Shown: one piece after another, positions 12,717 through 26,946 of the stretch | Layout: every line of letters starts with the position of its first letter | Numbering within the stretch: position 1 is the stretch's first letter | Assembly: GCF_035594765.1 (NCBI RefSeq) | Contig: NW_026943825.1 | Span: 434,001 to 498,000, forward strand | DNA length: 64,000 nt | From: Anolis carolinensis | Lineage: Eukaryota | Direction of reading: 5' to 3' | Made by a program: the position numbers and the translations under genes | The notes under the pieces: model-generated | What the model saw: only the letters and a program-made list of their open reading frames with translations | Database searches by the model: none | What the model was told of the DNA's origin: nothing

Positions 12717-12840
12717 CAGGCCATCCCCAAGTTACGAACAAGAGAGGTTCTGCAGGTTTGTTCTTAAGTTGAATTTGTATGTAAGTTGGAACAGAGACAT
12801 GTTCTAAGTGTGGCTCAAGATAGATAGATATATATACACC

Positions 12841-12884
<44 letters not shown>

Positions 12885-12925
12885 TTTTTTTATTGATTAG
12901 CCCTTAGACCATATCACAATATCAA

Positions 12926-12967
<42 letters not shown>

Positions 12968-13752
12968 AGGCTATATATACGGTATGTGTATATATGTTCA
13001 TATATATACACACACATACATGTACATATACAGGCAGCCCTCGTTACAAATAGAGTAAGTTCTGTAGGTTTGTTTTTAAGTTGAATTTGTATGTAAGTTA
13101 GAACAGGGACATTTCTAAAGTGTAACTCCAGCCAAATATTGCACACACATATACACATACAGATATACATGTATACACACCCAACAAATAGGCGGTCCTG
13201 AAGTCATGAACAAGAGAGGTTCTGTAGGTTTGTTAAGTTGAATGTGTATGTGAGTCGGAACAGAGACATTTGTTAAATGTAATTCAGCCGAATATATATA
13301 TGGGGGTGGTAACTCAAGTCAAATATATATGCAGCTCCCAAGTTATGAATAAGATTGCGTCTGTAGGTGTGTTCTTAAGTTGGATTTGTATATAAGTCTG
13401 AACAGGGGCATTTCTTAAGTGTAATTCAAGCCTATTTATATATATTTATTTATATATAAAGTTTTTATATATATAAACTTTCAATGGCATAGGGAAGGGT
13501 GAATGCCCCTGTGGTGTTTCCTTTGCTGTCTGTGCCCCTGGTCAGAAGATTCCACCTCACTTTCTGTCCCTGTGAGAATTGGTTTTTGGATAATTTGGCT
13601 TAATATGGGAACAAGGATTGGTGATAAAGCTTCCATGGAGACCACTTTCCCCTCTTCCTAGAAGTAGATTTCTCTCACTTCCTGTTGTCTCAGCCGTGTT
13701 CTTAACTAGGAGTTGTTTGTCGGTCTGATGTTTGTAACTCTGGGATGGCTTG
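12717..13752. mobile_element. Tigger-like non-autonomous element family B with tandem partial left ends
   Basis: TA-caggccatccccaagttacgaaca ... tgtttgtaactctgggatggcttg-TA; left end repeated about four times. Confidence 0.7.
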
Positions 13753-14429
13753 TATTTGGGAAAGGATGTGGTGGGCACAACAGTATCGGCTTTTATATGT
13801 GCTTTTGTCTCAGACACGCCGCTCCCACCGCCTTCTGCGAAGGAAGCGCGCAGCAAACACATGTGCGAGGAAGCCACCATCGCAACAGCGACACACCCAC
13901 TCTGTCTGTATGCAGTATGTGTGGCGACTGGTGTGTGGCTCTCCGGGATGCGCACCTCCTCATAGCTGCAAGCTGTGTTGAAAACAATGGCCTTGCAGAC
14001 AGGGAGACCTTTGTAGGGCATGCTTTTGATATCCATCTATCTGCTTACCTGCGGAGATCTCCATTCAGAAGCAGAGCTGCATGAGTGCTGCAGCAGGTCC
14101 AGAGGTGTAGCAATGCAGGAGAAACAGGGCATCAATGCTCTGCTCAGATAATAATTCTGCCCTCCTATCAAGTGCCTTTTCAGTCCCCAGGTTTCTTACG
14201 TTGTGGAGAGTGAAGGATTCGATATGCTTTGTTTTTGAATGCTCAGTGGAAGCTTCCAAAACAGCAGCAATTCAGGATTGGCCCTTGGGAAGTAGCTACT
14301 TACTCACGGTCTGACTTCTGCCTAAATGCCATACAAGACAATTGATTTAATTTGTCCGTGAATGGCCCACATACATAAATAATGCGTTACCCCAATTTCT
14401 GGTTCTTTTTAGCGACCCTCACCTCAATA

Positions 14430-14940
14430 CAAGCAGCTCCCTAGTGACAAACAAGAAAGGTTCCGTAGGTTTGTTCTTAAGTTTAATTTGTATGTAAGCC
14501 GGAAAACAAACAAACATGTTCTAAGTGTAACTCAAGCCAAATATATATGCAGCTCCTAAGTTATGAATAAGATTGCGTCTGTAGGTTTGTTCTTAAATTG
14601 GATTTTTATATAAATCAAAACAGGGACATTCTCTAAGTGGAATTCCATATATATATGAGAGCTCTTGGTGGCAAAGCGGGTTAAACCACTGAGTTGCTGA
14701 ACATGCTGATCGAAAGGTCGGCGGTTCAAATCCAGAGAGCGGGGTGAGCTCTCACCGTTAGCCTCAGCTTCTGCCAATCTAGCAGTTAAGAAACATGCAA
14801 ATGTGAGTAGATCAATAGGTACCGCTCTGGCGGGAAGGCAACGACATTGCATGCAGTCATGCCTATGGCGACATGACTCTTCGGCTTAGAAATAGAGATG
14901 AGCACCAACCCCAGAGTTGGACATGACTAGACTTAATCTT

Positions 14941-15017
<77 letters not shown>

Positions 15018-15311
15018 TTTCGATCTTATCTGGAAGGGTGAACAACACCCTTGTGGCATTTCTCTTGCTGTCTGTGCCCCTGTTCAGAATATTTCCCCTC
15101 ACTTTCTGTGCCTATGAGAATTGGATTTTGGGCAATTTGGCTTGTTGTGGAAACAAGGACTAAGGATAAAGTTTCTTTAGAGACCCCTTCCCCTTGATGA
15201 TAGGTCTTCCAAGAGTGGATTTCTCTTCCTAGAGTAGATTTCTTTCACTTTCTGTTGTCTCACCGCTGTTTGTAACTATAAGTCGGATGTTTGTAATTCG
15301 GGGACGGCCTG
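14430..15311. mobile_element. Tigger-like family B copy containing a Sauria SINE and (TA)n(CA)n
   Basis: Homologous to 12717-13752; right end gtaattcggggacggcctg-TA. Confidence 0.7.
14657..14937 (+). mobile_element. Sauria SINE
   Basis: tRNA-like head with A box (ggtggcaaagcgg) and B box (ggttcaaatcc), conserved body, 3' tail. Confidence 0.85.
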
Positions 15312-17357
15312 TATATGGATTGTTTTGATATCTTGTTCAACGTATATAGAAATAAATGTTTTCCGATCCTCAGTCAATGAATTCTGACAAAGCCAGGTGA
15401 AAGAGCAGTTCCCAAAACTCAGGGGACCCAGTTGGGGAACAACACCATTGTTTATGGAGTTCTTCCTTTTGTCGGAGCTGCAAGGCCACTAATGGATTTC
15501 ATGAAGCTTGAATCACTTTCTCACTTGGCTTTCCTGGATGTGTTCTCCCTTCAGGGACTCTCTGTAGTATCTGAAGTATAGTTGTTGCCTCTGTTTTACA
15601 ATGATGGGCCTTGAGGAGCTCAGATGGCCAGGTTACTTGAGTGACACTATAAGGATATGGGGTCCATTCCTAAAGGGAAATGGTCCTCAGTGATTGCTAG
15701 GCAGGAAGTCTGTAGGCCAACCCCAGAATTAGGATTTTGGGGTTCATGGGAAGGAGGGGTGCTGGTCTTTCTGATGGACAATATGCCTTTGTTCAGGTCC
15801 AGTATGGCTCCTCTTATGTTCTCACATTCTTCATTCTTGCAAATGGTGGGATTTCCTGCCTCCGGACGTTGTGATGGTGACCGACTTGTTTGGCTTTAAA
15901 ATGGGTCTGGACGCATTTGTGGTGGCGGGAGGGTCTTCCACCCGTTCCTCCTGTGTCCCATTTGTGATGGCTCCATTGTGAGTCTTCATTCAAACCTTTT
16001 TTTATGGGGGACTGTAAGGAAACTTTCTCCAAGCCATCACAACAGCAGGCTGTTCGATGTGCTCTGGTGTGGTACAAGGAGGTTGCTGCCAAATCTCTTC
16101 CATACTGGCCAGATTCGCCGGGACATCCAGCTTTTGGGGTGCGCTTTCCTTACCTTCCTCATCCCCTCCTTCCTTCCTGCCTGGTCCCATCACAACAGTA
16201 GGTTCTTTGGTGTCTTCGGTGTGCTCTGGTGTTGTTCAAGGAGGTTGCTGATCATTCCCTTTCATTTGGGCTGGACTACAGCTCTTGAGTGGTGCCTTCC
16301 TTGCCTCCCCGTCCCTCCTGCTCCCTCCCTTTCTGCGGCTTCTGCTGTTGCCCCCCCCCCCGCCCCCCTCCGGTCCTCTTTCTGGGGCACTGAGCCAACC
16401 ATCCAGGGGCCTCCCCTCCCCACCTCCTCCTCCTTTTGTCTTCCGACTGTCCCCACCCCCTTTTCTCCTCTGCTTTCTCCATCTCCCTGTCCCTCTTTCT
16501 TTCTGCCTTCTGCAGAGTGGGCTCCATCGTGTGTCGTCCCCACCCCCTTCCCGCTCTCTCCCTCTGTCCTTTCCCTAATCGCTGCCGTCCTTCAGCCCCC
16601 CTCCCTCCCTCCCTTGCACCACTCCTGTATTTGTCCCCAATTCCATCCCCAGCTTCCCTCCATCTGCTCCGTGCCTGGGCTTCCCTCCATCCACCTCTCC
16701 ATCCCCCACTTCCTTTGTCTTTGCTCCTCCATCTCCATGACCCCTTTGTTTCACCTTCCTCTCTTCCCCATCCACCCTCACTGCCTTGCTTGCCATGGAC
16801 CACCGCCCTGCTCTCCCTCCCTCCCTCCGGTCCCTCAGTTCCAACCTGGAGGAAGACCACTCCCATGAAGTGGAATGGCCTGCCTTGACGTTGACGGAGG
16901 TGGTGGTGTGGCTTTGTTTGGAGACCTGGACAATGGGCAGGTTGCAATGCAGATCTCCAGCCCCCAAAGCAAGGGAGCTCTTCTGGTCCAGAGACAAAGA
17001 GAGAAATTAGTCCATTAAAGGCAGCCCCCTCCCCCAACTGTGTTTCTAGCCTCCAAAGCAGAGCTTTGTGTTTTTCTCCTCACCTTCTAGACTGGAATTT
17101 CCAAAGACCCTCCTCCGTTCTCTCGATGAATAATTTATCTCGCTTCCCTGAATTAAGGGAAGAACATCAATCAATTTTGTTTCTGTTCCATTTTTGAAAG
17201 GCTATATTCATCCCCTAAGTTGAAGCTGGCTTTCCAAGGGCTGCAGAGTGGCGTTTATAGGGTTTCTAATAGAGAGGTCCACTTCAAACCCACACTCTGC
17301 CATGAAGGGCCTTCCCCACAGAAACTATTTTCTGCACAGAAATGTTGTTTTATTGTA

Positions 17358-17680
17358 CAGTAGAGTCTCACTTATCCAAGCTAAACGGGCCGGCAGAAGC
17401 TTGGATAAGCGAATATCTTGTATAATAAGGAGGGATTAAGGAAAAGCCTATTAAACATCAAATTAGGTTATGATTTTACAAATTAAGCACCAAAACATCA
17501 TGTTTTACAACAAATTTGAAAGAAAAAGCAGTTCAATACGCAGTAATGCTATGTTGTAATTACTGTATTTACGAATTTAGCACCAAAATATCACGATATA
17601 TTGAAAACATTGACTACAAAAATGGCTTGGATAATCCAGAAACTTGGATAAGCGAGGCTTGGATAAGTGAGACTCTACTG
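17358..17680. mobile_element. MITE family A, full copy
   Basis: Intact TIRs and TA flanks. Confidence 0.9.
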
Positions 17681-18520
17681 TATTTCAGGATTTGTGGGAC
17701 AGCTTAGGCACACCTTCTACTACATAGTTAAGCAATGTGGCTATCTATCACAGAACAATTTGGGGCTTTTCTGTGTGCCCATTGCTTACTGTTAGGAGAT
17801 AGAAAGAAGGTCTTGTGGATTAATGCAGGCTTTTTCAAGCAGAAAAGAGACATGTAGGCTAAAGAAAATGCCATTCCAGTGAAGAGGAACCTGGAGTTTA
17901 TATGCAAGTTGTTGGGGGCCAGCAAATGTTTAATGCCTTAAAGAACCTAAAGATGATGTGATTCTGAGGAAAGGATTTTGTGTTCTATTGTTAGTTTTGT
18001 TAATACAAGTGCACTCAGTGTGAAGTTTTTTTTTGGGGGGGGGGGGGTGTTTGCCTTTTTTGGGAGAACCACATAGCCATTCCAACCTATTTTCACTTTC
18101 AGAGGGAGTGCTGCCTCTCAATTTATATATTTAAAAATTTATATACTGTAATTTTATATTGTATTTAATTGTTTTTAACTGATTTTATGTAATGTTGATT
18201 GATTTTGTATAGGCATCTAATTATGCCAGTGTTGTAAGCCGCCCTGAGTCCCTTCGGGTGAGAAGGGCGGGATATAAATATTGGAAATAAATAAATTTCC
18301 AAACTGATGGAGGATTTCTTTCCTCCTGTTTTTTAATACCTTTAAACATGGGACCTGTGCCTCTGATTGGCCAACCCTTCTGTTTCTGCTTCTTCAATGG
18401 TTGAATGATGGGAAATGGAGGATTCCATGCCGCATGGTGCCCTTCCTCACTGAGTTCCAGACTTGTGGAGCCTGGCACACTAATCCTTCTCCTGTGTTTC
18501 TCCCTTTGTTTCTCTTTCAG

Positions 18521-19638
18521 GCTGCAAAATCAAGGCCTTGAGGGCCAAGACCAACACCTACATCAAGACCCCAGTGCGAGGCGAGGAGCCTGTCTTCATG
18601 GTGACCGGGCGGAGGGAGGACGTGGCCATGGCCCGGAGGGAAATCATCTCGGCTGCCGAGCACTTCTCCATGATCCGGGCCTCTCGCAACAAGGCCGGCA
18701 GTACCTTTGGAAGCGCCCCCACACTGCCGGGGCAGGTCACCATCCGGGTCCGGGTCCCGTATCGCGTGGTGGGCCTGGTGGTGGGGCCCAAAGGTGCCAC
18801 CATCAAGCGGATCCAGCAGCAGACCAACACCTACATCATCACTCCCAGCCGGGACCGGGACCCTGTCTTCGAGATCACAGGAGCGCCGGGCAATGTGGAG
18901 CGGGCCCGTGAGGAGATAGAGACCCACATCGCCGTCCGGACGGGCAAGATCCTGGAGTACAACAATGAGAACGACTTCCTGTCCAGCAGCCCCGACTCAG
19001 GCCTGGAGAACCGCTACTCAGAGGCCTGGCGCGTCCATACTCCGGCTCCCGGCTGCAAGCCCCTCTCTACCTTCCGCCAGAACAGCCTGGGCTGCATTGG
19101 GGACTGCTCTGTAGAGCCCGCCTACGAGACGCCCCGCCTCAATGACCAAAATGACTTCAATTACAGTTACCTCTTCCCCAACTATGGCGTCAACAAGCAA
19201 GACCTGTACTATGGGGTCTCGGAGTCAGGGGCTCCGCTGTGGGCCGGGCAGGAGAACACCAACCCCGTCTCCATCCTCTTCTCCAAGCAGCAGCAGCGGT
19301 CCGGCAGTGCAAGCACCCTCCACTCCAACTCCCATCGCTCCCCGTCCTCCTCCTCCCTCCCCGAGCCTCCGCTCTCCGGGCTTCCCAGGCGGTCTCAAGG
19401 GGAGACCCTGCCGGGCTTCTCCAAACTGGGCGCCTCCTCCACCGGCGCCGGCCGGACGCCCCTCTCCAGCAGCCGGGAGTGCATGGTTTGCTTCGAGAGC
19501 GAGGTGACTGCCGCCCTGGTCCCTTGTGGCCACAACCTCTTCTGCATGGAGTGCGCCGTCCGGATCTGTGAGCGAACCGACCCCGAGTGCCCCGTGTGCC
19601 ATGCAGCAGCCACGCAGGCCATACGAATATTTTCTTAA
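18521..19638 (+). CDS. MEX3A: MEX3A coding exon 2 (KH1, KH2, C-terminal RING); total CDS 1740 nt, 579 aa
   Basis: Acceptor tctctttcag|G; [19 protein letters not shown] Gxx[51 protein letters not shown]...CPVC, ends AIRIFS-TAA; synteny with RAB25/LAMTOR2. Confidence 0.97.
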
Positions 19639-21192
19639 AGACAGACACGCAAGCCCACCAAGGAAGAAAGAAACCAACCAACAAAACCACGAGAGACAGA
19701 CAGACAGGCAGATAGCATTTGGGGATAAATTTGGAGTGGGTGACAGGACGGGAGGGAGGGGACCGTGGAGGAGAGAGGGAGATCAAGACAGAATGAGACA
19801 CGTCCGAGGGACGAACAAACAAATCAGAAATAAGAAAAGGAAATTAATTTAAAGATGAAGAAAGAAATTATTTTAGCAGTGTATGTTATTGTTAAAGAAA
19901 ATAATGATAAGGATGATGGTAGTGGTGGTGGAAAAGAAAAAGGAAGAAGGTAGAACTATTAGAGAAGGCCATTGCCATACAAGAGCTTGGACACGGAGAA
20001 CTCTATCCAATGGAAACAGTGCTTAGAGAACAGAGGAGGTTTTGGGGGCGCGACCTGGGCAGGGTCTGCAGCTCTGTCCTCAATGGAGAGAGACGTCTGA
20101 AGGGGACGGATTGGAAGGAGGCACCCACTTCGGGTGGGGCTGTGGTCCAAAGATGGCCGGACGCGGCCACTGGGCCTTCAAACTGCATTGGAAGCTAAAG
20201 AGGACGGGATCTGATGACAAAGGAGGAAGAGGAGGAGGGAAACCATCAGCCTCTGGGAACCTAATCAAACGAGGGCACAACTGTATTACCTCAAACATTT
20301 CAAAGAGAAAAAAAGCAGCTAAAGACCTTTATATTCTTTGTCCTCTATTTTGTTCCTAAGGAAAAAAACAAAACAAGTAAAACAAAACACGTAATATTAA
20401 AGCCAGTGAAATTGTGGGGCGGAAGGAATGGGGTCGGAAGGGCCCGTTGGAAGAACCTTCTTGGCCGCCTTGAAATTTTTCATTTTGAGTCTTCTGAGCC
20501 ACTGCTTTCGGACATTTGTTTTTTTTCCGTTTTTCTGTTTGGGCAGGGATTCATCCAATAAGGATCAGGAGTCACTAACAGGGTATTTCCAAGACAAAAC
20601 GACCGACTTCTCCCCATGGAAACGAACCTTTCAAATTCCCGAGTCAAGGGGGAATTGCGAGGGCCGCGCTCCACGTTTCTATATATTTTTTTTGCTTCTT
20701 ATCCTTGCCAGATGATACAAATTCAAAATAAAAACAGTCACACATGCCAACAACAACAAAGAGAAACATCTTTTCTTCCTTTCTTTCTCTTTTGGTTTCA
20801 ACAACGACAACAATAATTTCACACCAAACCTAAGAAAGACAATAATGCAATACTGGCCACAAAGCCCATGTCAAACCAATTCACAACCCGATGGAAAGCA
20901 AAAAAAGAAAAGAAATAATAATAATATATATCTATATCTATCTATCTATCTATATATATATATGAATTAACATGTTTATATATAATTTTGTCGTCTTTTT
21001 AAACTGGACCAAAACTTTTGTTACTCAAATCCAAGTAAAGAGAGAGAGAGAAAAAGAGTATTTCCTTATGGACCAAAACCTCTTTTCGCTGTCCGCACAT
21101 GGATCTTCCTGAGGTTGCCTACTTTTATATATTCTATTTTTTTCAGAATGAAGCAAACAGACACATGCTCAATAATAATAATAATAATAATA

Positions 21193-21227
<35 letters not shown>

Positions 21228-23649
21228 ATTGAATTGCCTTGTCAAACATCCTTAATCATTTCAAGACATTTTGACTCCTGCTTTGGTTAACATCTGAAAC
21301 TGTAGACTGTTGGGAACCAGAGAGACGGCGCAAGCAGAGATGCGGAAAGGGAGACTTCGAACAGCCAAGTCGTTTGTGTGAAGGGAGAAAGATAGGTAGA
21401 TAGATACAGCGTATGCACACGCTCTCCATCTCTCTTGGCCCCTTTTCCTCCTTCCCAACTCTCCCCTCTTTTTACCTTTGCTTAAGATTTTCGGACCTTT
21501 ATTTCAGAAGGAAACTTTGGAATTGAGCTAGAAGAGAGTGCTTGTTTGGAGGGGCGTCCTTGTATACTTCACTTCCCTTTCCTTTCCTCCCAACACACTG
21601 TCCCTTGACTTCTTTGTGTTTCTCCTTGGTGGTCCCTCCGGTCGTCTGTTGGTAGGGCTGGGTCTACTCTGACTCTAAGGAAGGCCATTTGGTAGATGTT
21701 GTATTTTGCTCCTTCTCAGAGAGTGATGAGGACAGGGCCTCTCTTCTCTGCAGCCAAATTGGAAGCCCAGAGCCCATCTTTTGGCCTCCTTCCACGGGAT
21801 GGACATCTTGCCAAATTCCTGCCCCCTTCCCGCACAAGATCGGGGTCTCAAAGAGTATACCCAGCACTGCCTTCCGAGTTTGGCGAAATGCGCAATGTTT
21901 GCCGAATGTTCTTATTGTTCCCAAGTTCGGTGAAATGCGCAATGTTTGCCGAATGGGACAAGCGATCGCCGCCCAAGTTTTAGAAGTTTTAGAAGCGACG
22001 GCTTTGTGTACATATTGCCCAGAAGCCGAGAGAGAACCCGCAGTGGAGATGAAATATGCTGACCGTCTGCCCGCTCCTGGTTCTGCTCTTTTGGCCAAAA
22101 AAGGGGAGACTGTCAATCAGGCAGAAAAGAGGCGTCCGTTCCATGCCGTTTGCAACCTTCATCCTCCAGAATTGGTTGTTTTATTCCCTCAAATTCACAA
22201 AACAGTAGGCCTCACCTTTTGCAACCTTCATCCTCCAGAATTGGTTGTTTTACTCCATCAAATTCACAAAACTCCAAATTTTGGAGACCTTTTCGTGTCC
22301 GCTTGAGCCAATCTGGCCACCTCCGATCCTGTTTCGTTGCAAAAATATTGATTCTGTGAGAACGAATGCTGGAGAATAAATAAAAAAAGGGCAGAAGTGG
22401 ACACCCTTGGCCTCAGTTTCTCAAGCAAAGCGTCTTTGCGGGAGTTTCCTTCCCAACAACTTCAGTGGGAATGGGGGTGGGAATGGGATGGCCATTGGTC
22501 ACCTCTTGCACCCCTTCTGTTCTCCCCAGATCCCCCCTCTTTTTCCTATATGCCAGCAAAACAACTTTCTATGCATTCCTTTCCAAAAAAAAACAACAAA
22601 ATCCCACAAAGACGTTTGTAACACCTCGGCGATGGCCTCTGCCCTCGAAGGCCATGGATTCTGACAGTCTCCCCTTTTTAGAAGATGTTCTCGTGAAAAA
22701 ATGAAAAAGAGAAAAAGGAAGTCTATATATAACAGAATGCTTGTTTTTTTTTTTAAAGAACTGAATAGATCTATAGTTATCCCAGTAGAAGAAAACCAGA
22801 GGAGGGTGGGGGGAAAAAAAGGAAAGAAGGTCAGGAGATGGAATTAACCTTTTTTCTTTCTTTCTCGTTCTTTCTTTCATCCTTTCGTTTTTCAAAAGAA
22901 ATGGTGGAAGCGAGTGGAGGAAACGTGGGGAGAGGCACTGTGGTGGCCTTCTCCCGCATATGTAGATATTAAAAATGTGTGCTGGTGGAAGAGGAGGAGG
23001 AGGAGGAAGGGGTGCCCAAAATGGATTTGGGCCGAGAGCCATGTCCCGTCCCTCCGGCCGTCTTGAAGGAAGTGGGCCGGACGTGTTTCTTTGAATTTAG
23101 TTGTTTTTGGCGGAGTGACGTCTGTTTGTCGTTGACGTGAGGAAGTTTTCGGTCCATGTTTTCTTAATTTTGTGCTAGGCAACGGAGGAGGAGGAGGAGC
23201 GATGGGGAGAGGAAGGAGTGAGTGGGAAAAGTGAGAAAGGAGAGAGCGAGAGAGTTGGATATCTTGGGGGGTATGGCCCCTGGATAGGCCTCCTCCTTCC
23301 CTCAGTTTCCCCCATGGTCTTCTTATTACAGTGCGACCCCAGTATCCACAAGGAAGACATTCATTCCAGGACTCCGTCTTGATACGCGAAATTCCGGATC
23401 ACGCACAAGCCATTGAGGACTTCCTCCAGCCATTGAGTTGCACTGGAGGACCTCAGAAATAGATAAACGCCATGGTGAGTCCTGATCGTGTGGATACGGG
23501 TCTCGTACTGTCAGATGAACATGGGAAGAAGTCTTCCCCTTGTATACATGCATGACGAGAATATTAGAATATTTCCCCCTTTTCTAAAAGTAATAATAAT
23601 AATAATATGGATAAAAGTATAAAACCCAAACCAATATCCGCATTTGCTA

Positions 23650-23773
23650 ATGGGAGTCGGAAGCGGTGCTGTGAACACGTGTTGTTCCGAGGCGGGATAA
23701 CCCTAAGCCGTTATCCTGCCTCGGAGAGACACGTGTTCACGGGACGGGCGAACACACCTCTTCTGACTTCCAT
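23650..23773 (+). ncRNA. Long RNA hairpin, candidate pri-miRNA or structured UTR element
   Basis: 33-position stem 23669-23701/23710-23742 with one mismatch, 8-nt loop, plus 19-position basal stem. Confidence 0.45.
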
Positions 23774-25041
23774 CTTTTTCCTTTAAGGAAAAAAAAAAAG
23801 TAGGAAAGAAAAAAGGGTTTCGTTTTTTAGTTCCAATAACCTTTTATCTATCTAATCTATATATACATATACATATATATTAAAAGAAAGCCTGATGTAG
23901 CAGCTCTAGTTTAATAGCAGTATTTTAACTCCCATCTTTTAAAAATATATATAAATATAAATATATATATATATATTTCCGTCAACTTGCCCCCTCGTTA
24001 TTTTTTAAATGTAGCAAGAAAAGAAAAAGAAAAGAAAAAAAGGTTTTAAATGGAAAACAGTCCTCCTGTGTTGAAAGGAATGAAGGGAGGAAGGGAGGAA
24101 TAAAGGCATTGTGGGGCTGGTGTGCCCTCACACCCATTCCCCCTTACAGGAAGGCAGTGGGAATAAATTTGCATAATTACCTTTAAAAAATATATGTATC
24201 TATATAAATCTGAAAAAGGAAAAAATGCCCAAGACCTTAAGCTTTTGCTCCGATGTCCACCTTCCTCATCCGGGGGCAGATTGCAAGTCTCTTTGGGGGA
24301 GAAAACGGGGCTCGTGCTTGGCACGGCTCCCCCCAAAGTTCAGATTAAACTCTGAACGGGTTTGCTCCCTCTGCCCCAAGCTACGCTCGTCAGTCAGATT
24401 CATCAGCAATAAAGACGACTAAACATTAGGACGACCATGATTTTTATTAGTGTTATTGTTTGAGGAGAAGCAGCCCCTCCCTCCGTTGGGGCCCGGAAAG
24501 CCCAGCCTGTGCCAATCTCTGAACCTGCACTGAAATCCATGTCGCCTGGAAGGTCCCACAAACTTGTGGGTTTCAGTCCAAGCTTTTGAGGCATCCAAGA
24601 CGGCCAAAAACCGTTCCCAAACACAATCAGACCCTCTTGGCTGCCAAAGTTCGGACTGGGCCTGACCACCCAATCGCACTGACCAGCAGGGTCCAACCCT
24701 TGATCTCAGGGCCCCCGTGAGACCCAACCGGCCTTACTCTGACTGACTGCCATCACCACCATTGCCTTGTGGCCCAGGGAGGACCCCTGCCCTTTTGCTT
24801 TAAATCAAGCAGGGCTCCTCCACCTGGCTGACCAGATAGAGAACAAAATATGGCCTCTTCTTGTACGAACACAGCACCAAATCCTGTGCGATGGCTGCAT
24901 AAATCAGAGTCCGAAGTTATCCCGATAATCGTAGCTGGCTTTGGTGTCTGGAATTCGGGCCAAATTCAAGACAACAGAGCTCTCCTGAGAGACTGGCTTG
25001 TTACACGTTACTTGTAACTCGGACCCACCAGCGGGCATATA

Positions 25042-25527
25042 CAGTAGAGTCTCACTTAACCAAACATAAACGGGCCGGCAGAATGTTGGATAAGCGAATA
25101 TGTTGGATAATAAGGAAAAGCCTATTCAACATCAAATTAGGTTATGATTATACAAATTAAGCACCAGAACATCATGTTAGACAACAAATTTCACAGAAAA
25201 AGTACAGTAGAGTCTTACTTATCCAAGCTAAACGGGCCGGCAGAAGCTTGGATAAGCGAATATCTTGGATAATAAGGAAAGATTAAGGAAAAGCCTATTA
25301 CACATCAAATTAGGTTATGATTTTACAAATTAAGCACCGAAACATCATGTTATACAACAAATTTGACAAAAAAGGTAGTTCTATACGTAATAATGTTATG
25401 TTGTAATTACTGTATTTACAAATTTAGCACTAAAATATCACGATGTATTGAAAACACTGACTACAAAAATGCGTTGGATAATCCAGAACGTTGGATAAGC
25501 GAGTGTTGGATAAGTGAGACTCTACTG
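25042..25527. mobile_element. MITE family A, partial copy plus full copy
   Basis: TIR starts at 25042 and 25205, right TIR ends 25527. Confidence 0.88.
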
Positions 25528-25567
25528 TACTTGTAACTCTGACCCGCCTTGGAGCCCAGCGGATGTA

Positions 25568-25873
25568 CAGTAGAGTCTCACTTAACCAAAATAAACGGGC
25601 CGGCAGAATGTTGGATAAGCGAATATGTTGGATAATAAGGAGGGATTAAGGAAAAGCCTATTAAACATCAAATTAGGTTATGATTTTACGAATTAAGCAC
25701 CAAAACACCATATTATACAACAAATTTGACAGAAAAAGTAGTTCAATACGCAGTAATGCTATGCAGCAATTACTGCATGTACAAATTTAGCACCAAAATA
25801 TCATGATGTATTGAAAACATTGACTACAAAAATGCGTTGGATAAGCAAATGTTGGATAAGTGAGACTCTACTG
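25568..25873. mobile_element. MITE family A
   Basis: TIRs and TA flanks. Confidence 0.9.
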
Positions 25874-26946
25874 TACATTCTAGGGGTGTGCGGATCTGTT
25901 CTGTTTTTGTTTTGAATTTTGAGTGCTCCCCATTCCGTTTCTGATTTTGGGAGGTTAGGAGGGGGGCTGTTTGGATTCATAATTCGGAAACTTGAGTTCC
26001 ATTCTGGGAAGAATCTTCACAAAAACGGAACAGATTGTGTGCTGTTTCATATGCCCCTAAACATTCCGCCCCAAGGGTCTCTCACCTGGCCAGGATCCCA
26101 CTTTGTTCAGCCTGCGACCACTCTCGATGTGCTATTTGCACCTCCAAAAACCCAGCCATTGGACAGCAAGGTTTATAGGGGTGCTGCTAATAGAAGTGGA
26201 AGGCTTTCTGAGGCCATTGTGTGAAATAGGTGAACCTGGTGAAATGCAGCATCGAGGGATGAGATCACACACATATTATAGAACGAAGGCTTTTGTCTCG
26301 CAATGGCCAGAATTCTGGGAAATGATGTTGAGATGAGATGAGGTGAAACCTGCTACTGTCCGCTGGTTGGACTTGAAAGTTACGGCCTGAATGGAGTAGA
26401 GCCATGTTGGATGGTGAGCCCATGTGTAGAGAGATCCCGTTTGTCCAATCAGACGGATGGAGAGATTCAGACGGTAGTGTCCAGTCGGGATGGGTATTGT
26501 GCCGTCTTTTGAGGGTCGGGTTTGGTCCCTTTCGGAGCTCTATGGACGTGAATTCCCCATCCCACTGTCTATGTTGTGCTCCTCTCCATGTAGAAAACAT
26601 TGCACCCAGCTGGGAAAATGACAACACAAGGCAGGGAATGTAATAGCGAGTAGGTTGCCCGGAAGGGATTAGACACAGAGGCAGAATGGACATGCGTTGA
26701 CGCCGATCCTACTCTGACTTTGCATTGGGACCTTGAGCGTTTTTAAGGTGGATTTCCATCAGTCAATGGTCAGAACTTCCAGTAACCCACCAGCTCACCA
26801 TCTAAGAACAAACGAGCATAATTTCTTGTGTCTGGAGGCAGAGTCTTGTAGATGTTTTCCTTGATAAATTCTTGCATTAAAAGTAATGTTAATGAGTAAA
26901 GGAAGCCAGGCAGATAGTTTGACCAAGCTCTTCGGTGGTTTAAATA

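Noticed and set aside
15978-17037. 296-aa and 253-aa ORFs in MEX3A intron 1
   Set aside because: CT-rich low complexity, no recognisable domain or splice support.
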